From Deltaproteobacteria bacterium (GTDB lineage Bacteria > Myxococcota_A > UBA796), in the NCBI GenBank assembly GCA_002683315.1, contig NYTD01000068.1:1-40850 (forward strand): a stretch of 40,850 nt of DNA, in the 5' to 3' direction. Positions 18,567-26,410 of the stretch are shown piece by piece. The position numbers and the translations under genes were made by a program. Under the pieces are notes generated by a model that saw nothing but the letters and a program-made list of their open reading frames with translations, had not been told where the DNA came from and made no database searches. Every line of letters starts with the position of its first letter. Within the stretch, counting starts at the first letter, position 1.

Positions 18567-19752
18567 GATTTGGGTAACTGGTATAGGAATAGCTTGTTCT
18601 GCCGGTACTTCCTTTACAGAGGTCACACAATCGATCTTGGACCATCGTCTGTGTGCCCAACCGACAGGGCTCACGCTTCCTGTTCCAATGTGGGGTGTCT
18701 GCCCGAATGAGATTCCATCACACCCCCATTTTGTTGATGACCGAAAGTCTTTGTTGGGACTCTTTGCAGTAGAACAAGCGATGCATGATGCGAAATCCCC
18801 GAATGGGCCATATTCGATATTTATGGGAACTGGTTTGTCTTCGATTACTCCAGCTCAGCTTGAAGAAGACCTATATCCATTTGTGAAAGATGGTATTTTT
18901 GATCGGGAAGCGATGGCACAAGATCTTCATAGACAAACAGCCGCTCCTGCTCGTCACGATCCTCATCGGTTTGTTCGATTTCTCAAGGAGAAGTATAATG
19001 CTACCGGACCGTGTGGAACCAACTTTTCGGCTTGTGCAGCTGCGTCTCAGGCAATTGCAGAAGGTATGCGCGTGTTGAGACGGGGACAGGCAAAGGTGGC
19101 GATTGTTGGAGGGCATGATAGCATGGCACATCCCATGGGGATGCTTTCTTTTGTTGTTCTCGGAGCACTAAGCTCTACAAGATGCCGTCCCTTTGATAAG
19201 CGTCGCGATGGATTCATGCTTGGAGAAGGAAGTGCGGTATTGATTTTGGAGCGTGCGGAAGATGCTCTAAAAAGGGGGGTGATACCCTATGCTCGTTTGT
19301 GTGGAGCGGGAAGTAGTATTGATGCGTGGAATGTTACTGCCCCACATCCACAAGGAGTGGGAGCGGAGCGTTCGATGATCAATGCACTTCGTGATTCTGG
19401 TTTGCATCATTCCGACATCGACTATATCAATGCACATGGAACAGGAACTCCACTGGGAGATATAGCTGAATCTTCTGCCATATCAAGAGTCTTTGGCGAA
19501 CATACTCCTGTTTCTTCTATTAAAGGAGCATTAGGGCATTGTATTGCAGCCGCAGGTGCTATTGAAGCGGTCGTATGTCTTGCGGCATTACAAAAACAGT
19601 TTCTTCCGGGTACCTTTGGGTTAGAAGAGGAAGAAAATTTTGAAATTAATGTGGTGAAAAACGCACAATTGATTTCGATCAGTTATACACTGTCGAATTC
19701 TTTTGGTTTTGGTGGTCAAAACAGCACGTTAATCTTTGGAGCAATCAATTAA
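18541..19752 (+). CDS. Second beta-ketoacyl-ACP synthase (FabF-like), catalytically intact
   Basis: IWVTGIG, FSACAAA, RPFDKRRDGFMLGEG, INAHGTGT, KGALGH and SNSFGFGG. Start uncertain (18523, 18541 or GTG 18553); all overlap the kinase end. Confidence 0.92.
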   Translation: MGKNVRENEIWVTGIGIACSAGTSFTEVTQSILDHRLCAQPTGLTLPVPMWGVCPNEIPSHPHFVDDRKSLLGLFAVEQAMHDAKSPNGPYSIFMGTGLSSITPAQLEEDLYPFVKDGIFDREAMAQDLHRQTAAPARHDPHRFVRFLKEKYNATGPCGTNFSACAAASQAIAEGMRVLRRGQAKVAIVGGHDSMAHPMGMLSFVVLGALSSTRCRPFDKRRDGFMLGEGSAVLILERAEDALKRGVIPYARLCGAGSSIDAWNVTAPHPQGVGAERSMINALRDSGLHHSDIDYINAHGTGTPLGDIAESSAISRVFGEHTPVSSIKGALGHCIAAAGAIEAVVCLAALQKQFLPGTFGLEEEENFEINVVKNAQLISISYTLSNSFGFGGQNSTLIFGAIN

Positions 19753-20477
19753 TGATTCTAAAAAATGTACGTCTTGTGTCAGTAAAAGGTCTTTTCTCTG
19801 GTGATGATAATTTTGTACAGTATCGTCTAAAAAAGCTCATACCAGACAGAAAGAGTATCAAGTTGATGAATCGTACTGTTCAACTTGGAATTGTTGCTGC
19901 TCGGATGACTCTTGAAGAAAGTGATGTGTGGAAAAAATTTCCACCATCTCGTCGTGGAATGTTTGTTTCAGCAAGTCCTGCGATTCGAGGTCAAGATGAC
20001 CTTCATAATGCACTTATGGCTTCCATGGTAGAAGGGAAGTTTTCCTATAAATCTTTTGCAGAGCAAGGAAGAACCCATATTCATCCTTTGTGGTTGGTAC
20101 GAGGATTAAGCAATAATATTTTAGGATTTGGAACTGCATTTTGGGATTTTCAGGGCGAAAACATGAATTATTGCCAAGGTCGAAGTGGAGGAAAACATGC
20201 ACTGATTCAGGCTGCACATGCCATTTGTGAAGGACGATTGGATGTCGCACTTGTGGGCGGAGCAGATTCTTTGATCGAAGCAGAAGAATTTTTGCATAAG
20301 CCATGTGCAGAAGGGGCCGCATTTGCTCTGTTGGTTTCCTCCAAAACCGACTTAAAACTTGATCTTGATTCGATTGAAAAACATGAACAGAAATTATCTG
20401 AATTGGGTGCGGGGAGTTGGTCAATTGCTTTTTGGAAAGCATATGAATCCAACAAATGCGTGTTAATGACAGAGTGA
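19752..20477 (+). CDS. Second truncated non-catalytic ketosynthase partner (CLF-like)
   Basis: HPLWLVRGLSNN, ALVGGADS and AEGAAFALL. The Cys position is occupied by Arg (GENMNYCQGRSGG). Only 241 aa. Confidence 0.75.
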   Translation: MILKNVRLVSVKGLFSGDDNFVQYRLKKLIPDRKSIKLMNRTVQLGIVAARMTLEESDVWKKFPPSRRGMFVSASPAIRGQDDLHNALMASMVEGKFSYKSFAEQGRTHIHPLWLVRGLSNNILGFGTAFWDFQGENMNYCQGRSGGKHALIQAAHAICEGRLDVALVGGADSLIEAEEFLHKPCAEGAAFALLVSSKTDLKLDLDSIEKHEQKLSELGAGSWSIAFWKAYESNKCVLMTE

Positions 20478-20531
20478 TTTTTGATATTGTGTTAAACTCC
20501 AACAACATCAATGATATTGAAGGAGTTTGAT

Positions 20532-20954
20532 ATGACCATTGCACTGGCGACACAAAGTGATGACGTTCAAAAAGATATTTGGGAAAAAGTATCCATAGCA
20601 TTTCAAGAGGCACTTGGACTTGATGAAGACGAAGTAGAGTTTGACATGACGATCATTGAAGATTTGGATGCTGAGTCCCTTGATCTTCTTGATATAACAT
20701 TTCAACTTGAGCGCTCGTTCGATATATCTATACCTCGTGGCGGAATTCAAAAAACAGCACAAGAAGGTGCAGATAATGATGGTTTACAATCGGATGGAAC
20801 CTTGACAGACAACGCCCTGGTTCGTCTTGCCGAAGCGATGCCAGAAATTCCAAAAGAAAAATTTGTACAAGGCTTAAAGCCCAATGATATCCCCAATTTG
20901 TTTGTGGTTGGAACCTTTTATAATCTTGTGGTTCGACTTCTAAACGAAAAATAG
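20532..20954 (+). CDS. Acyl carrier protein with a large C-terminal insertion
   Basis: DLDAESLDLLDITFQLERSFDISIP core with the Ser intact. About 50 extra residues precede LFVVGTFYNLV. AAGGAG RBS before the ATG at 20532. Confidence 0.88.
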   Translation: MTIALATQSDDVQKDIWEKVSIAFQEALGLDEDEVEFDMTIIEDLDAESLDLLDITFQLERSFDISIPRGGIQKTAQEGADNDGLQSDGTLTDNALVRLAEAMPEIPKEKFVQGLKPNDIPNLFVVGTFYNLVVRLLNEK

Positions 20955-21901
20955 TGAAGCGATTCTTATTTTTGGTTCATCCTCTTTCGAACCCACACCG
21001 TACACTTATGTCGCTTCGATGTCGGTTTTGGAAAAGTTTGATTACGGAAACATATACACAAGCAGAGATTGCCACACTATGTCGTTTTCGATGGGAAGAT
21101 ACAATAGAGGGTGTGGTCATGTCGATCCCACTTCTTCCCAATGAGATGATTGAAAACCAAGAGCGCGCTCTTTCTTTATTGCATAGAGCATATCGGATTG
21201 GTCTGGCTAAATACGGGAATATTGATGCCGTGGGGTTGGGATCGTTATGCTCTGTTGTAGCGAGTCGAGGAGTTGAGTTACAAAAGATAATTCCTGTTCC
21301 AGTAACAACGGGTAATGCTGCTACGGCTTGGTGCATGTACGCCCATATACAAAAGAGAAACATATCCGATCCGATCGCTGTATTGGGTTCATTATCTCCT
21401 GTTGGACAGGTGCTTTGTCGTCTATTACATCAAGCGGGATATGAGTTACGTGTCGATAAAAAACGTGCGGCCAAAAAGTATGGTTGGAATCATGGTGAAC
21501 CAGAAGATATTGTACGCGAAGCTTCTTTGGTTATCGGTTGTGGGCCAACTGGACCTGTGTTGGATGGACAAGCATTGCTCCCCAATGCTGAGGTGATTGA
21601 TGTGGCACTTCCTGGAAGTATTCAAGGATTCGTACACAATATGGTCTATCAAGGAGAAGGGATGTCAATGCCTGTCTCATGGAAAAGAGGTTTTTGGGGA
21701 CCCTTGTATCATCTTGTGTCTGGTTATGGGTGGAACACTGTTTTGGCTTGCTTGATTGAGCCCTTGATCGTTGTTTCCTTGGGTCGAAAAGAAGGTTTGG
21801 CATTAGGAAGTAAGATCGATCCGCAGGCCGTTCTTGATTTTGGTGGAGAAGCGAAGCGTCTCGGATTTGAGCCCAAACTTATTGTTCATCGGATGGGATG
21901 A
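20954..21901 (+). CDS. Acyl-ACP reductase-like oxidoreductase (AAR / COG5322 type)
   Basis: N-terminal FLFLVHPL, GLGSLCSVV and VTTGNAATA; Rossmann-like IAVLG; VIDVALP; VLACLIE; C-terminal AKRLGFEP. This matches the motif order of cyanobacterial AAR. Confidence 0.75.
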   Translation: MKRFLFLVHPLSNPHRTLMSLRCRFWKSLITETYTQAEIATLCRFRWEDTIEGVVMSIPLLPNEMIENQERALSLLHRAYRIGLAKYGNIDAVGLGSLCSVVASRGVELQKIIPVPVTTGNAATAWCMYAHIQKRNISDPIAVLGSLSPVGQVLCRLLHQAGYELRVDKKRAAKKYGWNHGEPEDIVREASLVIGCGPTGPVLDGQALLPNAEVIDVALPGSIQGFVHNMVYQGEGMSMPVSWKRGFWGPLYHLVSGYGWNTVLACLIEPLIVVSLGRKEGLALGSKIDPQAVLDFGGEAKRLGFEPKLIVHRMG

Positions 21902-22381
21902 TTACCCAACAAGATAAGTGGCCACACCGCTTGCGATTTGAATATTTTGCTCGTTGTGTAATGCTACGCGAAATACACCTATTTTATTGCCCATTCGTTC
22001 GATTTGTGCACTTGCGGTGAAACATGTTCCTTTTCCCGGGCGAAGAAAGTCGACGTGTAGGTTGACCGTTCCGAGCTTGGAAAATCGTTCGTTGAATTCT
22101 GCAATGGTGCATTCTTGTGTATCGATAAACAAAGAGCGTGCAGCAATAAGGCCACCTACGGTGTCAAGTGCAGAAGAGATCACACCACCATGAAGAATAT
22201 TTTGCATTTGGTTTCCGATAAATTCATCTCTTCTATCAAAAATAAGTTCGGCACGATTGTTTGTTATCTTTCCAATGCGGTAGTGAAAAAGAGTGTTAAA
22301 AGGCAGGACTTCAAGAAATATCTGAGAGATTTTCTCCAATATCTGTGGATTTTTGAGAATTGTTTCGTGTGGTGTGTTCAT
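21902..22381 (-). CDS. PaaI/YigI-family hotdog acyl thioesterase
   Basis: FIGN...ILHGGVISSALDTVGG, LGTVNLHVDFLRPG and IASGVATYLVG. Confidence 0.9.
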   Translation of the reverse strand: MNTPHETILKNPQILEKISQIFLEVLPFNTLFHYRIGKITNNRAELIFDRRDEFIGNQMQNILHGGVISSALDTVGGLIAARSLFIDTQECTIAEFNERFSKLGTVNLHVDFLRPGKGTCFTASAQIERMGNKIGVFRVALHNEQNIQIASGVATYLVG

Positions 22382-22532
22382 GAAGGATACAAGATAAAAA
22401 TAAAGACATTCTACTCTAACATCTATCTATGTTTTATACATATGTTTGTGACGGAAGTGTTCATATTGTGTAGTTGGATAGACAATACGAAGAAAATCGG
22501 ATAAAAAAGAAAGTTGTAATTGGAGGATAGGG

Positions 22533-23861
22533 ATGAAAAAAGCCTACATACGAACCTTTGGGTGTCAAATGAATGTGTATGACACAGGAAAGATGCTCGC
22601 ACTCCTAAAAAATGATGGGTATGAAGAAACACATGAAATGGACGAAGCAGATCTTGTGATTGTGAATACCTGTTCCATCCGAGAGAAGCCAGAGCTAAAA
22701 GTGCACTCCTTTTTGGGGGAAGCGCGAAAGATCAAACGCAACCGGCCAAAAAAAGATATGACCATCGCGATATCTGGTTGTGTTGCACAGCAAGAGGGGC
22801 AAAATCTCCTCAATCGTTATCCGGATGTTAATCTTGTTTTTGGTCCAGATGCTGTACCGAATATCTCTACTTTGCTCTCTGCAACATACAATCAAAAGCA
22901 GGTCTTGGATACTACATTTCTCGATGAAGCAGACTACGTGTTTGCCTCTGATATTGATCCCAATGCAACACAGCGTGTGGGGGCATTTGTTACCATTCAA
23001 AAAGGATGTGACAACAAGTGTACATTTTGTATTGTACCCACAACAAGAGGAAAAGAAGTTTCTCGCCCATCCGATCAGATTGTGGCAGAAGTTCGCGCGC
23101 TGGTCGAGCAAGGGATCAAAGAAATTACGCTTATCGGACAAAATGTAAACTCATATGGTCTTAAGAAGAGTGGAGAGAGGACTTTTGCACAGCTTTTGTA
23201 TGCAGTGGCAGATGTTCCAGGAGTTGAGCGAATTCGATATACGACCTCGCATCCGCGTGATATGGGACTGGATGTGATGCAGGCCTATCGCGATTTACCA
23301 CAGTTATGCAGCCAGCTCCATCTTCCCGTTCAATCTGGATCGTCGCGGATTCTTAGACGAATGAAGCGATTCTATACACGAGAACGTTATCTTGAGGTTG
23401 TGGACCAGCTTCGTTCTGCACGTCCAGATATTGTACTGAGCACAGATTTTATCATTGGATTTCCCGGAGAAACGGATGCAGACTTTGAGCAGACGATGTC
23501 TCTTTTGGAAGACGTTCGCTTTCATTCTTCCTTTTCATTCAAGTATTCAGAGCGTCCCGGAACCCCAGCATTGAGGCTTGTTGAAAGAGATCCCATCGAT
23601 CAGATCTTAGCGGGAGAACGTCTAATGCATTTGCAAAAGCGTCAGAGAGAAATCGCGCAAGAAGAACATATGCTTCTCGAGGGAATGGTAGTCCCTGTTC
23701 TTGTAGAGGGACCAAGTCGACATGATGAGGGTGTAATTTGTGGACGAACGCATACATTCAAAACAGTGAATTTTCCTGGTGATGTGGCGTGGGTAGGACA
23801 AACCCGTAAAATACGCATCACCAAAGCATTTGCAAACTCTCTGCGTGGTGAGGCTGTTTGA
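22533..23861 (+). CDS. miaB: tRNA-2-methylthio-N6-dimethylallyladenosine synthase MiaB
   Basis: TFGCQMNVYD, NTCSIRE, GCVAQ, radical-SAM CDNKCTFC, RYTTSHP, HLPVQSGS and C-terminal TRAM domain. GGAGG RBS. Confidence 0.95.
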   Translation: MKKAYIRTFGCQMNVYDTGKMLALLKNDGYEETHEMDEADLVIVNTCSIREKPELKVHSFLGEARKIKRNRPKKDMTIAISGCVAQQEGQNLLNRYPDVNLVFGPDAVPNISTLLSATYNQKQVLDTTFLDEADYVFASDIDPNATQRVGAFVTIQKGCDNKCTFCIVPTTRGKEVSRPSDQIVAEVRALVEQGIKEITLIGQNVNSYGLKKSGERTFAQLLYAVADVPGVERIRYTTSHPRDMGLDVMQAYRDLPQLCSQLHLPVQSGSSRILRRMKRFYTRERYLEVVDQLRSARPDIVLSTDFIIGFPGETDADFEQTMSLLEDVRFHSSFSFKYSERPGTPALRLVERDPIDQILAGERLMHLQKRQREIAQEEHMLLEGMVVPVLVEGPSRHDEGVICGRTHTFKTVNFPGDVAWVGQTRKIRITKAFANSLRGEAV

Positions 23862-25138
23862 GCAAAATGAATCCATATTGGACCATTGTCCAAAAAGAAA
23901 AGCAACGGAGTCCTATCTCGTGGGCACCATTGATTCTTTTTGTTGTGGCTGTGTGTCTTGCTCCATTCTCAGCTCCAGCATTGCTTCACTTCCTAAAATA
24001 TCCAAACCCTCTTCCAGGAATGGAAGGGTTGGCTTTTCGCTTGAGTGCTTTGATTGGTGCAGCGGTGGCGATGTGGAGCTATCAGCAAATCATTCGTACA
24101 CCCGAGCGCGCGATTCTTGGGCTCCATCCTATTCAGCCTTTGTTGTGGTTTTCGGCATTATTTAGAAAGACGATACGTTCTACTTGGACATGGCCTTGTA
24201 CTGTTTCGGCTTTGGCATGGCCTTTGATACAAGCGGGTTTTGTAAAAGAGTATGGATTGATGTGTTTGATTGTGCTTATTGGATGGATATCCATGCTGTG
24301 TATCGGCTATGCCGTTCATCTTGGAAGTGTCTGGGTTGCTCGATCCCCGCACTGGGAATCCACATTGGACATGATTCGAGGAAATAACCCACGCGAGCAA
24401 GCGGCATTTATTTATGCACCAGGATTTGCATTGTTCTTTTGTGGAATGATTATGATGCTGTGTTCTTTTTCCATGGATGGTGTACTGCAAGGATATCCTC
24501 CGGCAATCGCACTTTTATTTGCTCCTCTGGGTGTCGCGTTTGCAGCCTTTGTCGCTGCACGAAAACTTTGTCTCACACAACTGGTTCCTGCATCTGCTAT
24601 TCTTGCAGAAGTTGATGCACGATGGGCTGTACTTGAAGAAGGTCAAGAAGAAGAAGAAGTGTATCTTGAATGGCTTGCCAATGATAGAAGAGAGTTGTTA
24701 CGCGCACTAAGGCAAGGGTGGCGAGATCTTCGTGTTTGGCCCATGGGTATTTGGGCTCTGGGGCTTTTCGCATTTGTTTCGGGATGGACAGGAGATCTAG
24801 AAAATGCACTATTGTTTGCTTCTATTGGTGGAATAGGGGGATGTACCATTGCAGTTGTTTTGGCACAAAAAAATCCGATATGGCTTGATGATCATCTTGG
24901 TGTGCAAGGAGTCGAGCTTTTGTGGGCGCGTTTTTGGCTGTGTGTCTTCTATGCTCAAGGAGCCATTATTCCAATTGTATTCTTTGTTTCGGGTGCTTTT
25001 TTGCGGCTGGCTATGATTGAGCTTTGTGTGGTAATATGTGCGATGTCTAGCTCGTACTTGTCTGTATATCATCGCAAGCATGGTGTTCTTGTGTTTCCAC
25101 CGATTGCATTGATTTTCATTTTTTTGGGGGTACTATGA
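23858..25138 (+). CDS. Multi-pass membrane protein, probable ABC exporter permease
   Basis: About 10 hydrophobic segments; overlaps the miaB stop and the following ABC ATPase start. Start may be the ATG at 23867. Confidence 0.7.
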   Translation: MSKMNPYWTIVQKEKQRSPISWAPLILFVVAVCLAPFSAPALLHFLKYPNPLPGMEGLAFRLSALIGAAVAMWSYQQIIRTPERAILGLHPIQPLLWFSALFRKTIRSTWTWPCTVSALAWPLIQAGFVKEYGLMCLIVLIGWISMLCIGYAVHLGSVWVARSPHWESTLDMIRGNNPREQAAFIYAPGFALFFCGMIMMLCSFSMDGVLQGYPPAIALLFAPLGVAFAAFVAARKLCLTQLVPASAILAEVDARWAVLEEGQEEEEVYLEWLANDRRELLRALRQGWRDLRVWPMGIWALGLFAFVSGWTGDLENALLFASIGGIGGCTIAVVLAQKNPIWLDDHLGVQGVELLWARFWLCVFYAQGAIIPIVFFVSGAFLRLAMIELCVVICAMSSSYLSVYHRKHGVLVFPPIALIFIFLGVL

Positions 25139-25803
25139 GCATAAAAGCTGTTTCTTTATGTAAGCAGTTTGGTCGCGTTCATGCTGTGAAAGAAGTTTCG
25201 TTCAGCATTGAAGCGGGAGAATTTGTTGGTCTTGTTGGTCCCAATGGGGCTGGAAAGTCTACAACCATAAAAATGCTCACCGGCCAATTGCTTCCGACAT
25301 CAGGAGCTGTACAGATTTGTGGTATTGATATCAGTGCACAACCCAATGAAGGAAGAGCTGAATTAGGATATGTCCCAGAATTTCCTGAGTTGTACACCTA
25401 TTTGAGTGCACGAGAGATGATTTCATTTGTTGCAGATATTCGAGGAAGGGGAAATGTGGAATGGGCTCTGTCTTTGACCGGTCTTGGAGATGATGCAGAT
25501 CGTCTCATTCGAGAGTATTCACAGGGAATGAGACGAAAAACGGCGATCGCTTGTGCGATGGTAGCAAAGCCCAAAGTCCTTATTTTGGATGAAGCACTGA
25601 ACGGGTTGGATCCACCTTCAGTGGAGCGTGTTCTACGCGCTCTCAACGAAGTTCGTGCAGAAGGAACAGCTGTAGTATTATCTACACACGTATTGGATAC
25701 GTTGGAAAAAATTGCAACACGAATCATCATGCTCAAGGATGGATCAGTAGAACATGACTGTCTTCCTTCTTCACTCCAAGATATTCGTAAGCAGTTCACA
25801 TAG
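25135..25803 (+). CDS. ABC transporter ATP-binding protein (ABC-2/drug exporter type)
   Basis: GPNGAGKST, YSQGM signature, LILDEALNGLDP and STH. Confidence 0.95.
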   Translation: MSIKAVSLCKQFGRVHAVKEVSFSIEAGEFVGLVGPNGAGKSTTIKMLTGQLLPTSGAVQICGIDISAQPNEGRAELGYVPEFPELYTYLSAREMISFVADIRGRGNVEWALSLTGLGDDADRLIREYSQGMRRKTAIACAMVAKPKVLILDEALNGLDPPSVERVLRALNEVRAEGTAVVLSTHVLDTLEKIATRIIMLKDGSVEHDCLPSSLQDIRKQFT

Positions 25804-25808
25804 AAAAA

Positions 25809-26390
25809 TTATGATTCTTGTGTGAGTTGACGAGAGAGGAATAATCTACGATCGGTTCGAACCATTCCGTCAGTGCGGCGAGATGAGACCTCTGTGTATA
25901 CGCCCGTATCATCGAAGTTCATAGAGAGATACATTTGATAAGAGCTATCTTTGACCACACTGGTTCGTAAAACAACATCATTATAGGCATCAGTGTCGAT
26001 GAGGTTGATCCTCCACTGCGTAAGAGTGCGACCGATTCCCTTTCTTCTATATAGATCCAAAACCCCCAATTCTGCAAGATAAAATGTGTGTTGAATGGGC
26101 AGAAGTCCTCTAAGTTTACTGGTAATGGATTGTCGACTACGAAGAGGAATAGCAAATGCAAATCCCACGACAGATTCTTTGTTTACCGCAAGAAGAGTAA
26201 TATTTTCAGGGGTGTGGAGGTTTGAGTCAAATATGGCCTCCGCTTCCATGGGATAGAATCGTTCGCTATACGGTGGTTCAGCGAAGATGCTTTGATAGGC
26301 TCCAACAAAGGATGTCCGGTACGGAAGTGCTTCTTCTTTTGTATACAGACGGATGATGTCGATATTGTCGCGTTGTTCAAGCCGATCCAT
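25809..26390 (-). CDS. GNAT family N-acyltransferase
   Basis: VVGFAFA, FYLAELGVLDLYRRKGIGRTL (motif A) and YQMYLSMNF. AAGGAG RBS; 20 nt downstream of the PKS stop. Confidence 0.88.
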   Translation of the reverse strand: MDRLEQRDNIDIIRLYTKEEALPYRTSFVGAYQSIFAEPPYSERFYPMEAEAIFDSNLHTPENITLLAVNKESVVGFAFAIPLRSRQSITSKLRGLLPIQHTFYLAELGVLDLYRRKGIGRTLTQWRINLIDTDAYNDVVLRTSVVKDSSYQMYLSMNFDDTGVYTEVSSRRTDGMVRTDRRLFLSRQLTQES

Positions 26391-26410
26391 TCTTTCTCCT
26401 TTTCGATAGC

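Noticed and set aside
22533-23861. Radical SAM gene as a tailoring enzyme of the KS cluster (ladderane-like)
   Set aside because: It has the full MiaB signature (UPF0004 N-domain, GCQMN, TRAM), so it is a housekeeping tRNA methylthiotransferase.
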